DNA of 64,000 nt from Bacillota bacterium (GTDB taxonomy: Bacteria; Bacillota; Clostridia; Saccharofermentanales; DTU023): assembly GCA_023426575.1 (NCBI GenBank), contig JAFAAL010000014.1:21524-85523 (forward strand), given 5' to 3'. This document shows, piece after piece, positions 53,713 through 62,441 of the stretch. Under the pieces are notes generated by a model. It saw only the letters and a program-made list of their open reading frames with translations. It ran no database searches and was not told the DNA's origin. Numbering within the stretch: the stretch's first letter is position 1; each line of letters starts with the position of its first letter. Position numbers and translations under genes: made by a program.

Positions 53713-54222
53713 CTAGACGATCCCCTGTGAACTATGCCCATGACAGATCGCGATGGCGAGCGCATCCGCTGCATCATCGGGCTGAGGAATGCGCCTGAGG
53801 CCTAAAATCTGGCAGGTCATATTCTGCACCTGCTGCTTGTCCGCCTTGCCATAGCCGACCACTGCCGACTTGACCTCGACGGGCGTGTATTGAAAGACGG
53901 GCAGCTGACGTCTCGCCCCCGCGAGAACGGCCACTCCCCGCGCCTCGGCCACGGCAATCGCCGTCGTCGTATTGCGGGCAAAAAAGAGTTGTTCGATCGC
54001 GACTTGCTCAGGACTGTATTGATCCAGAATCTGATTGAGGGCGTCATAAATCACGACAAGCCGCTCGGGAAAGGGCGACTTCGGCGATGTCTCAATACAG
54101 CCGAAATCACAGATCTGAAAACGACGTCCGTCGAAGTCTAAAACGGCATAGCCCAGGCGCGCGAAGCCAGGGTCAATTCCCAGTATGCGTAGTGATCTCT
54201 CTTTGTGCACGCCTTCTATCAT
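53713..54222 (-). CDS. ruvC: crossover junction endodeoxyribonuclease RuvC
   Basis: ILGIDPG..., AIEQLFF, and a C-terminal DAADALAIAICH catalytic motif. The start is chosen at ATG 54222; TTG 54252 is possible. Confidence 0.88.
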   Translation of the reverse strand: MIEGVHKERSLRILGIDPGFARLGYAVLDFDGRRFQICDFGCIETSPKSPFPERLVVIYDALNQILDQYSPEQVAIEQLFFARNTTTAIAVAEARGVAVLAGARRQLPVFQYTPVEVKSAVVGYGKADKQQVQNMTCQILGLRRIPQPDDAADALAIAICHGHSSQGIV

Positions 54223-54256
54223 AACGCATTTTTCCCCATCTCGCCGTGACAAAGAC

Positions 54257-54721
54257 TCAGCCGCGGCGTGATTTTTCGAGATCCCGCGAATCTAAAATCA
54301 GCGTAAACGGTCCAGAATTTGTCAGTTCCACTTCCATACTGGCCCCAAAGATCCCTGTCTGGAGATTAGGGAAGTCTTGCCTGGCCCTCTGTAAAAAAGC
54401 CTCATAAAGGCGCTCGGCCTCCTCCGGCGGCGCCGCCTGGACAAAGCTCGGCCGCCGACCTCGCCGCAAATCGGCATAGAGAGTGAATTGCGAGACGATG
54501 AGGACCTCTCCCCCAATATCATCGAGTGCAAGATTGATCTTGCCCTCTGCGTCACTGAAGAGTCGCAGCCCCTTGAGCTTTTGCCAGAAGCTCTCAATCC
54601 CCGCCTCTGTATCCTCATCTGAGAAGCCGAGGAGGACGAGGAAGCCCCTGCCAATCTCGCCACAGACCTGCCCCGAAACACTCACTTTTGCCGAGCTTAC
54701 CCTCTGTATAACTGCTCTCAT
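54257..54721 (-). CDS. dtd: D-aminoacyl-tRNA deacylase
   Basis: MRAVIQRVSSAKVSV..., SQFTLYAD, NSGPFT motifs. ATG at 54721 follows GGAGG. The upstream ORF extension is antisense to tRNA-Ala. Confidence 0.93.
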   Translation of the reverse strand: MRAVIQRVSSAKVSVSGQVCGEIGRGFLVLLGFSDEDTEAGIESFWQKLKGLRLFSDAEGKINLALDDIGGEVLIVSQFTLYADLRRGRRPSFVQAAPPEEAERLYEAFLQRARQDFPNLQTGIFGASMEVELTNSGPFTLILDSRDLEKSRRG

Positions 54722-54754
54722 GACAACCTCCACTGAATTCTTTTTGGAAAAGAC

Positions 54755-54783
54755 TTGACACCCATTATACCCTAGGCTATTAT
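54755..54783 (+). promoter_or_regulatory. promoter of tRNA-Ala
   Basis: TTGACA (54755..54760), 17 nt, TATTAT (54778..54783), ending 13 nt before the tRNA. Confidence 0.6.
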
Positions 54784-54796
54784 CGTCCATGCAGCC

Positions 54797-54872
<76 letters not shown>

Positions 54873-54875
54873 GAA

Positions 54876-54905
54876 CCGACAGGCCACGAGTCTGTCGGTT
54901 TTTTT
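54876..54905 (+). terminator. intrinsic terminator after tRNA-Ala
   Basis: ccgacag (54876..54882) / ctgtcgg (54892..54898) followed by T7. Confidence 0.7.
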
Positions 54906-54927
54906 CTTCTTGAGGAGGTCATCTTTT

Positions 54928-55608
54928 ATGGCTGATATCCTGATCGTTGAGGACAATGTCGAGATCAATGCGCTCATCTCTGCCTGCCTCGAAGAGCGTC
55001 ATGTCTGTCACCAGGTCTATTCGGGAACCGAAGCTGATCTCTTCTTACAGTCCTGGGATGTCGACCTCATGATTCTCGATCTGATGTTGCCAGGTCTCAG
55101 TGGTGAGGATCTCCTCCGCAAATGGCGACATGAGAAATCTTTTCCCGTCCTCATCATCTCTGCCAAAGATGCCCTCCACAATAAGCTCGACTGCTTTAGA
55201 CTCGGCGTCGATGACTATTTGACCAAGCCCTTTGACATCGAGGAACTAGAAGCTCGCGTTGAAGTTCTCCTGAGACGTCATCGGGAAATGGGCGAGCGGC
55301 CCCCAGAGACTGGTCTCGGCGATAGTGGAATCTCTTTGGATTCAGAGCGCCGGGATCTCCTCTTCCAGGGTGTGCGCCTTCACCTGACGGGCCAGGAATT
55401 CCGGATTATCGCAGCCCTGATCCGAGAGCCAGAAAAAGTCTTCTCCCGAGAGGAACTCTACCTGGCCGCTTGGGATGAGGAGTACATCGGTGATGATCGC
55501 GCTCTCAATGTCCACATCAGCAATCTCCGGAAAAAGCTGCGTGATGCGGGGGCTCCCCCCTTGGTCGAGACGGTCTGGGGCCTTGGCTTCTGCCTCTTTA
55601 AAGTCTAA
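54928..55608 (+). CDS. OmpR-family response regulator
   Basis: Receiver domain (ILIVEDN, DLMILDLMLPG, SAKD) plus a winged-helix output domain. ATG at 54928 lies 9 nt after GAGGAGG. Confidence 0.9.
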   Translation: MADILIVEDNVEINALISACLEERHVCHQVYSGTEADLFLQSWDVDLMILDLMLPGLSGEDLLRKWRHEKSFPVLIISAKDALHNKLDCFRLGVDDYLTKPFDIEELEARVEVLLRRHREMGERPPETGLGDSGISLDSERRDLLFQGVRLHLTGQEFRIIAALIREPEKVFSREELYLAAWDEEYIGDDRALNVHISNLRKKLRDAGAPPLVETVWGLGFCLFKV

Positions 55609-55683
55609 ATCTTAATGATTCCTTGAAATTTTCTTAGCTCAAAGATCATAGGATGGGCATATAAGTCAGAAAGGAAGCGGCTT

Positions 55684-56604
55684 ATGACAGCATTCATCCT
55701 AGACATCAAGCACATCTCTAAGAATTACAGGAAGACCCGTGCGCTCAACAATGTCAGCCTCAATATGCAGCGCGGAGAAGTCTATGGTCTCATCGGACGT
55801 AATGGCGCGGGGAAGACGACGCTTATGCGCGTCATCAGCGGTTTGACCCACCCTGATTCAGGAGAAATCAAGCTTTTTGGTGAGGCCGTGCAGGAGAAGA
55901 CAAGTCTTTTTGAGCGCATTGGAGTCCTCATTGAGAACCCTGCAGTTTACCCGCAGCTGACGGCGATGGAGAATATGAAGCTTCTCGCGACAGCCATCGG
56001 CCTTCAGCAAAAAGAACAAGTCCCAGCAAGCTTAGAGCTTGTCGGTCTCAGCCCCGATAGCAAAAAGAAGGTCAAGCACTTCTCCCTCGGCATGAAGCAG
56101 CGACTCGGCATCGCCATGGCGATTCTCAACAATCCCGATATCTTGCTCCTCGATGAACCTGCGAATGGCCTAGACCCCGAGGGCATCATTCAGATGAGAC
56201 GGCTCTTCAGGCAATTGGCGAGAGAAAAGCAAATTGCCGTGATGATCTCCAGCCATCAACTCGATGAGTTGGCCAGGGTGGCCGATCGGATCGGTATCAT
56301 CGATCATGGCGAAATGATCGAGGAGGTCAGTATGGCAGAACTCATCAAGCGCTGCCAGGATAAAATCGTCATCCAGGCCTCTGAGATCGATGCGGTCGTC
56401 AACACTCTCGAACGAGAGTTTAAGATTCAAGACTTTAAGGTCGTGGATTCTGAGACTGTCGAGCTCTATGAGCAGCTCTCTGAGCTCGCTGAGATCAATC
56501 GTCAGCTGGTTCAGGCAGGCCATCAAATTAGGTCCATTCAGATGTCACAGACGACATTAGAGTCTTACTTTATCGATAAGATCGGAGGTCTGAAAAATGC
56601 TTAA
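55684..56604 (+). CDS. ABC transporter ATP-binding protein (BcrA / lantibiotic-immunity type)
   Basis: Walker A GRNGAGKTT, signature FSLGMKQR, Walker B LLLDEPANGLD. 306 aa with a C-terminal accessory domain. Confidence 0.9.
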   Translation: MTAFILDIKHISKNYRKTRALNNVSLNMQRGEVYGLIGRNGAGKTTLMRVISGLTHPDSGEIKLFGEAVQEKTSLFERIGVLIENPAVYPQLTAMENMKLLATAIGLQQKEQVPASLELVGLSPDSKKKVKHFSLGMKQRLGIAMAILNNPDILLLDEPANGLDPEGIIQMRRLFRQLAREKQIAVMISSHQLDELARVADRIGIIDHGEMIEEVSMAELIKRCQDKIVIQASEIDAVVNTLEREFKIQDFKVVDSETVELYEQLSELAEINRQLVQAGHQIRSIQMSQTTLESYFIDKIGGLKNA

Positions 56605-57484
56605 TATGATTCGTATGGATCTGAGAAGGCTCTTTAAGAGCAGAAGTTTTTATGTCTGTTTTTTACTTATCCCTGTCTTTTTAGCTGTCTTGACAGCTGG
56701 TATTTATAAACTGAGCCAGCTAGACCTCAATGCCCCGACGTCCGTAGCTCAGGAGCAGTTCACCTCTGGTTTCCATATCGGGATAAATACGGATAAAGCT
56801 GAGCAGCTCCAGAAAGAAAGGGAGTCAGATTCTGATGCCCCGCTGCCAATGCCCGCTGATTTTAATAAGATGTCTCAGGATCTGTCTCTCTTCTTTCATT
56901 ACAATGCCCAGGGCGTTTTCAGCTTCGTCGTTCTCATCTCCATCATTTTTCTCACCCTCTTTATCTCCTCTGAGCTCAGTTCGGGCTTCGGGAAAAATAT
57001 ATTGCACAGTCAGGCTTCCCGCGTTTCGCTGGCACTTTCTAAGGCTGTGACAAGTCTCGTCACGCTCCTCATCTATCTCCTGGCCTTTCTTTTGATTTTA
57101 TATTTTTATGGCTATCTTTTAACAGGCGATTATAGCCTTAAACTTGAAAGAGAATTTTTCAAAGACCTGGCCCTGCGGATTCTCTTAGCCTGGGCACTCT
57201 GCACTTTCTATGTTTTTCTCGCCTACCTGACGAGAAGCAAGGTCGTCGGCATCATCCTCATTCTGCTGTCCACCAGTGATCTTCTGCCCAGCCTTCTCCA
57301 AGTTTTAGAGAATCTCTTCAAGCTCGAGCCTGGAGCCATCAGCCATTGGAGTCTCTCAATTCTCACTCAACAGGGCACTCTCGCCGACATGAGCTCTCTC
57401 AGAATTATTTTCTTCGCCATCGCCGCACTCATCGTCTACAATGGACTCACCGTCCTGAGACTTTCACGGATGGACATTCACTAA
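56597..57484 (+). CDS. ABC-2-type membrane permease
   Basis: 295-aa, 6-TM hydrophobic ORF overlapping the ATPase gene by 8 nt. Confidence 0.75.
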   Translation: MLNMIRMDLRRLFKSRSFYVCFLLIPVFLAVLTAGIYKLSQLDLNAPTSVAQEQFTSGFHIGINTDKAEQLQKERESDSDAPLPMPADFNKMSQDLSLFFHYNAQGVFSFVVLISIIFLTLFISSELSSGFGKNILHSQASRVSLALSKAVTSLVTLLIYLLAFLLILYFYGYLLTGDYSLKLEREFFKDLALRILLAWALCTFYVFLAYLTRSKVVGIILILLSTSDLLPSLLQVLENLFKLEPGAISHWSLSILTQQGTLADMSSLRIIFFAIAALIVYNGLTVLRLSRMDIH

Positions 57485-57518
57485 GGAGGGCGCCCAGCTG
57501 CTCTATTTCATCGCCATT

Positions 57519-58385
57519 TTGCTTATTGCCCTGCTTGCCATTCTCTTCTGTCTCTATCGCCAGGAGATCAGATCGCTCACGGATCAACTCGACTTTTTAA
57601 GCCAGCACGAGAGTAACAAGGAGCTCAGCAGCTCTCTTCACTTTAAAGAATTGCGAAGGCTCTCTGAGAAGCTCAACGAGCTGATTCGCAAAGAAAAGGA
57701 ACTTCGTGAGCTCTATCACTGCCGTGACCTCGAGATTCAGGAGACTATCACCCACATCTCGCATGATATCCGGACTCCCCTCACCTCTCTTTCTGGCTAT
57801 TTTCAGCTGCTCCAGAAGACTGAGAATCCTGAGAAGGCGGCACTGTATACAGAAGTGATCAAAGCGCGCATCGAGGAGCTGAAGACGCTTCTCGAGGACA
57901 GTTTTCGCTATGTCAAGCTCGCCGATGAGCGCTATGAATTGGAGCGATCTGAGGTCGATCTATCCGCAGAGCTCAGGCAATCTCTCGACAGTTTTTCAGA
58001 GTTGATCAGAGAGAAGCATCTCTGCCTGCAAGTAGACTGCCCTCCAGGGCTCATCATCTGGAGCCATCAGGCGGCTCTCCAACGTATACTGAACAATCTT
58101 CTGAGCAATGCACTGGCCTACGCCAAAACTCGCATAGATCTCTCCGTCAGCGCCCAGGAGAAGGCGGTGCAGATTCAAATTGCAAATGATCTAGATCCCG
58201 ATCACCGCCCAGATATCAAGCGCATTTTTGAGCGCTACTACACAGACGATCCGAGCCGCCACCGGCGCGGATCAGGTCTCGGCCTCACTATCGTCTATCG
58301 TCTCGTGACGAAACTTGCTGGCAATGTAGAGGCAGAGCTCCAGGGACAGATCTTTCAGATCACCCTCGAATTTCCGCGTCACTGA
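57519..58385 (+). CDS. sensor histidine kinase with a minimal N-terminus (start probably upstream, see finding)
   Basis: H-box ITHISHDIRTPLTSL, N-box LLSNALAY, G-boxes (GSGLGLTIV). The only hydrophobic segment is at the extreme N-terminus. Confidence 0.85.
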   Translation: MLIALLAILFCLYRQEIRSLTDQLDFLSQHESNKELSSSLHFKELRRLSEKLNELIRKEKELRELYHCRDLEIQETITHISHDIRTPLTSLSGYFQLLQKTENPEKAALYTEVIKARIEELKTLLEDSFRYVKLADERYELERSEVDLSAELRQSLDSFSELIREKHLCLQVDCPPGLIIWSHQAALQRILNNLLSNALAYAKTRIDLSVSAQEKAVQIQIANDLDPDHRPDIKRIFERYYTDDPSRHRRGSGLGLTIVYRLVTKLAGNVEAELQGQIFQITLEFPRH

Positions 58386-58390
58386 GGCAG

Positions 58391-59434
58391 CTAGTGATTG
58401 CTGCTGATCTCATCGAGGTAATTGTACTGGACCATAGTCCTAATCTCTGTGAGGTCCGATGTGTGGCCAAGAATCCACATGAGCTTACAGACAGCCGTCT
58501 CCGTCGTCATGTCGTTTCCTGGGATGACACCGAGCTGGCGCGCCGCTTCTCCCACGCCATAGATGGAGAGATTGACGCCATCATAGGGACACTGGGAGAT
58601 CATGACGACTGGAATATGATGCTCCTGGATAAGTCGCTCGATACCCCCCGCCATCCCTCGCGTCAGGTTTGCGATTCCCCCAGCACCGAATCCCTCTATG
58701 ATCAGACCGCGACAGCCACTCTCTGCATAGTAGTCCAGGATTGTCGCCTCAGTCGATGGGCTGAGCTTTAAGAGGCCGACCTCACTGACGAGGCTGAGCT
58801 CTGGCTCAGTGGGGACCGCGCCTTCTACAGGCAGTTCACTGAGACCCGGTCCATCCGTCAGGACACGCGGCCGAGCGTGCCAGATGAGCTCCTCGCCGCG
58901 AATTTCCGCCAGGATCGGATAGTTCCTGGAGACATAGGCGTCCTCATTTTTAGAGTACATCTTGAAGGCTCGGACGCCATGGATCAATTTGCGATTGAAG
59001 GCAATGGCCACACCTGGCTCCGCCTCCAAGGCAAATTGGATGGCTGACTGTAAATTCTCTGGACCATCGCTATCTGGGACAGAGGACGGCTTCTGAGAGC
59101 CTGTCAGGAGGACGGGGATCTGAACATTTCGCAACATAAAAGACAGGGCTGCCGCCGTATAGCACATCGTGTCTGTCCCGTGCGTGATGACGACGGCATC
59201 ATAAGCTGTCTGGGCTACAGAGACAGCCGTCGCTATGGCGACCCAGTCGGCGACCTCCATCTCAGAAGAATCCTTGTTCATCAACTGCTGCGCGGTGTAC
59301 TCAGCCCGTTCTTGGAGGGCTGGAAGCTGGGCCAGAAGCTCTGCCCCTGAGATCCCCGGCACGAAACCTCGGTCCGTAGCGACACAGGCGATGGTCCCGC
59401 CCGTGGCTAGGAGTAAGATTTTCTTCTTTTTCAT
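58391..59434 (-). CDS. ansA: type I L-asparaginase
   Basis: LLATGGTIA (catalytic Thr), HGTDTM; size and C-terminal domain are typical. Confidence 0.9.
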   Translation of the reverse strand: MKKKKILLLATGGTIACVATDRGFVPGISGAELLAQLPALQERAEYTAQQLMNKDSSEMEVADWVAIATAVSVAQTAYDAVVITHGTDTMCYTAAALSFMLRNVQIPVLLTGSQKPSSVPDSDGPENLQSAIQFALEAEPGVAIAFNRKLIHGVRAFKMYSKNEDAYVSRNYPILAEIRGEELIWHARPRVLTDGPGLSELPVEGAVPTEPELSLVSEVGLLKLSPSTEATILDYYAESGCRGLIIEGFGAGGIANLTRGMAGGIERLIQEHHIPVVMISQCPYDGVNLSIYGVGEAARQLGVIPGNDMTTETAVCKLMWILGHTSDLTEIRTMVQYNYLDEISSNH

Positions 59435-59440
59435 GATTTT

Positions 59441-59469
59441 AAAAAGAGCCTGAGCGTATGCGCTCAGGC
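59441..59469 (-). terminator. intrinsic terminator after ridA
   Basis: Minus-strand GCCUGAGCG-CAUA-CGCUCAGGC followed by UCUUUUUAAAAUC. Confidence 0.65.
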
Positions 59470-59478
59470 CAGGATTTG

Positions 59479-59862
59479 CTACTTGACAGCGGCGACGGCT
59501 TCGATTTCAACCCGTGCGCCCTTGGGCAGTTGATGAACGGCCACACAGGCTCTCGCGGGATATTCGCCCGTGAAAAATTCAGCATAGACCTCATTGACTG
59601 CGGCAAAGTCTGCCATGTCGACCAGGTAGATATTACACTTGATCAGCTCGTCGTAGCTGGCTCCTGCCGCCTCGAGGATGAAGCCAATATTTTGCATAGA
59701 AGCTCTGGCCGCGGCCTGAATATCATCGACGATCAATTCATGGGTCTCGGGGGACACAGGCAGTTGACCTGAGATGAAGAGGAGATTGCCTACTTGTTTA
59801 GCCTGAACGTAGGGGCCGACAGCCGCAGGCGCGCGATCCGAATGAATTTTCTTAATGTCCAT
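59479..59862 (-). CDS. ridA: RidA/YjgF-family reactive-intermediate deaminase
   Basis: MDIKKIHSDRAPAAVGPYVQA..., C-terminal PARACVAVHQLPKGARVEIEAV. ATG at 59862 follows AAGAGG; the longer ORF start is unsupported. Confidence 0.9.
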   Translation of the reverse strand: MDIKKIHSDRAPAAVGPYVQAKQVGNLLFISGQLPVSPETHELIVDDIQAAARASMQNIGFILEAAGASYDELIKCNIYLVDMADFAAVNEVYAEFFTGEYPARACVAVHQLPKGARVEIEAVAAVK

Positions 59863-59980
59863 GAGAGACCTCTTTCTACTCGAGATGAGTGTTTGTTTTG
59901 AGCGTATTGTAACATTTTTCGGGGCTTTTGACCTTTCTGAGCACTGATCCACTTGCCAGTTTCATGTCCCTTAGCTCATA

Positions 59981-61138
59981 ATGCCAAGGGTGAAAGGAGG
60001 CTCTGTGAGGACCTTAAAGCAGAACAATCTCGGACTGGAGCGTCAGTCTCTCGTCTATCTCATCCTAAACCTCATGCTCTTTGTCGCAAAGCTCAGCCTG
60101 GGGCTTCTGCTTCATTCTTTTGCCCTGATGGGAGATGCCCTCAACAACTTAAACGACTCCTTGAGTTCGATTGTCACCTGGATCTCTCTTCACATCTATG
60201 CCAAGCCGGCCGACAGCGATCATCCCTATGGGCATCAGCGCGTTGACTATATCGCCAGCACTCTCCTCGCCATCTTCATTCTCTTTACGGGCTTCGAGCT
60301 CATGCGCTCAAGTATCGTGCGCCTCATCGCAGGCAGCTCGCCAGACTTCAGTCGCTATACCCTCTATGTCCTCTGCCTCTCTATTCTCTTCAAGTTCTAC
60401 GTCTACAGCAGCGCCCGTAAAGTGGCCAAGAATTCACAAACGCTGGTCTTTCGAGCCATTGTCACAGATGCGCTCTTTGACATCTTGATCAGTGTCACCA
60501 TTCTTATCGCCCTCTCACTCGAGCCATTTTCGTCGCTCTCTCTCGATGCCCTCTGTGCACTCGGCCTCTCTCTCCTCATCATCTTTCAGGCCATTCAGCT
60601 CCTCCGGGAGAGCTTCAATCAAATTCTCGGGGTCGTCCCCGATGCCAGAGTTCTTGCTGAGATTGAGCAGATTTATGCCCGCTCTCCCCTCGTCATCGGC
60701 ACGCACGACCTCGTCTTGCACAGCTATGGCCGGCAGAACGTCTTCGGCATCATCCACATGGAGGTCGACAGTTCCCTAGACCTCGTTCATCTGCATGACG
60801 AGGTCTCTCGACTGGAGAAGAATGTCATGAAAGAGACGGGTGTCCTGCTCTCGACACATATCGACCCGGTTGAACTCAAAGATCGGCGCCTCATTGGATT
60901 GAGACAGCGGGTGGCTGAGGTCTGTGAGGCCATCGACCCAGATTTAGAACCCCATGACTTTGTCCTCGAGCGTCGCCATGGCCGCCGCTACCATCTTAAA
61001 TTTGAGCTCAAATTCCCCGATCGCTATGTCCAAAATATCTCTGAGATCCTCGCAAGAATCGAGAGTGACATTTGTGCCACTCAGGACATCGACTTAAAAA
61101 TCACGATCCAGCCTGAGTTCGGCTACTTGCCCTACTAG
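59981..61138 (+). CDS. cation diffusion facilitator (CDF) family metal efflux transporter
   Basis: TM1-2 signature (SFALMGDALNNLNDSLSS), HxxxD-type site (DHPYGHQRVD) and a C-terminal cytoplasmic domain. The start is uncertain (ATG 59981 or GTG 60005 after AAAGGAGG). Confidence 0.85.
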   Translation: MPRVKGGSVRTLKQNNLGLERQSLVYLILNLMLFVAKLSLGLLLHSFALMGDALNNLNDSLSSIVTWISLHIYAKPADSDHPYGHQRVDYIASTLLAIFILFTGFELMRSSIVRLIAGSSPDFSRYTLYVLCLSILFKFYVYSSARKVAKNSQTLVFRAIVTDALFDILISVTILIALSLEPFSSLSLDALCALGLSLLIIFQAIQLLRESFNQILGVVPDARVLAEIEQIYARSPLVIGTHDLVLHSYGRQNVFGIIHMEVDSSLDLVHLHDEVSRLEKNVMKETGVLLSTHIDPVELKDRRLIGLRQRVAEVCEAIDPDLEPHDFVLERRHGRRYHLKFELKFPDRYVQNISEILARIESDICATQDIDLKITIQPEFGYLPY

Positions 61139-62423
61139 CTCCCTGCCGCCTCTTTAAGCTCCAGAGAAAAGTAAGGCCCAGCATGAGGCTCAAGAACTCA
61201 GCCAGCGCCAAGACAGACCAGACGGCTGACGGCCTCACAGAGACGACGGCAACCATGACGAGCGTAATCATGATGGGAGTGCGCACGAGTGAGAGAATGG
61301 AGGCGTATTTGCCCTGGCCGAGACTTGCCAGGAGGGTGATCATTAAGACGTTGAAACCGAGGGGCAAATAGGCCCAGGCAAAGGTTGAAAGCGCCTCTAG
61401 TGCATGGGGGAAAAGATGTGAATCCCTCTCTAAAAAAAGGCCCACTATCTGAGAGCCCATATGTCGTGCGAGCAAAATAAAGAACACGGCAATCGCGGCG
61501 ACGAAGCTGAAGCCTCTCAAGATATTGCGTCGCAGGCGGCGACTGTCCTCACGGCCGTAGTCGTAGCTTAAGAGCGGGGCGAGCCCCTGGGCGACGCCAC
61601 TCATCGTCACCTGTGTAAAGATCGAAATATAGGAAATCGTCGTATAGATGATCACCGCCTCCTGCCCGCCCAGGGCCAAGAGAGTGGCATTGAAGATGAA
61701 GACTGTGTAGCCGATCGACAACTCAGAGAGAGCGTCACCGAGGCCCAGAGGCAGGATCTTGACGAGGCAGTGAAGCCGAAATTTGGGAATGAGACGAAGC
61801 TCCCCTCGCCGTCTCAGGAAGTGCGAGAGCAAAAGACTACTGCTGAGAACCTGGGCAATGCCCGTGGCGAGTGCTGCACCGAAGATGCCGAGTTGGAAGT
61901 GAACAATGAAGAGGTAGTCCAGACCCAAATTAGAGAGAGCAGCGGCGAGGACAGCAAGCGCTGAATAGCGAGGGAAGCCATCGACCTTGACCAAGACCTC
62001 GAGCTGATAGCTCAGCATGAAAAAGAGTGAAAAGGGAATGATCGTCTTGAGATAGACCCTGACCTGGGGCAAGGTCTCTCCCTCTGCACCGAGAAAGGGC
62101 ATAAAGTGTTCCAGACTGAGGGCAAGGAGCACGGTATAGACGAGGCCGACGACAATGAGGGCCATGAAGCCAGTTGAAAAATAGAGATTGGCCCCCTCCG
62201 CATCCTCTGCCCCGAGCTTGTGGCCGACCTTGGTCAAGGTGCCAATGCTAAAGAGAATCCCGAAGGCGAAGAGGCTCGTCAGAACGGGCATCGAGATGTT
62301 GACGGCCGCAAATTCCACTTCGCCGACATAATTGGCCACAAAATAGCCGTCGATCATGGTGTAGAGGGCAAAGACCCACATCGCCAGAATCGACGGCAAG
62401 GTATATTTGAGGAAGCGCCTCAT
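61101..62423 (-). CDS. MATE-family efflux transporter
   Basis: 440 aa, 12 TM, N-terminus MRRFLKYTLPSILAMWVFALYTMIDGYFV typical of MatE. Confidence 0.88.
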   Translation of the reverse strand: MRRFLKYTLPSILAMWVFALYTMIDGYFVANYVGEVEFAAVNISMPVLTSLFAFGILFSIGTLTKVGHKLGAEDAEGANLYFSTGFMALIVVGLVYTVLLALSLEHFMPFLGAEGETLPQVRVYLKTIIPFSLFFMLSYQLEVLVKVDGFPRYSALAVLAAALSNLGLDYLFIVHFQLGIFGAALATGIAQVLSSSLLLSHFLRRRGELRLIPKFRLHCLVKILPLGLGDALSELSIGYTVFIFNATLLALGGQEAVIIYTTISYISIFTQVTMSGVAQGLAPLLSYDYGREDSRRLRRNILRGFSFVAAIAVFFILLARHMGSQIVGLFLERDSHLFPHALEALSTFAWAYLPLGFNVLMITLLASLGQGKYASILSLVRTPIMITLVMVAVVSVRPSAVWSVLALAEFLSLMLGLTFLWSLKRRQGASRASSRTQAGS

Positions 62424-62441
62424 CCTGCCCGTCCGAGATTT

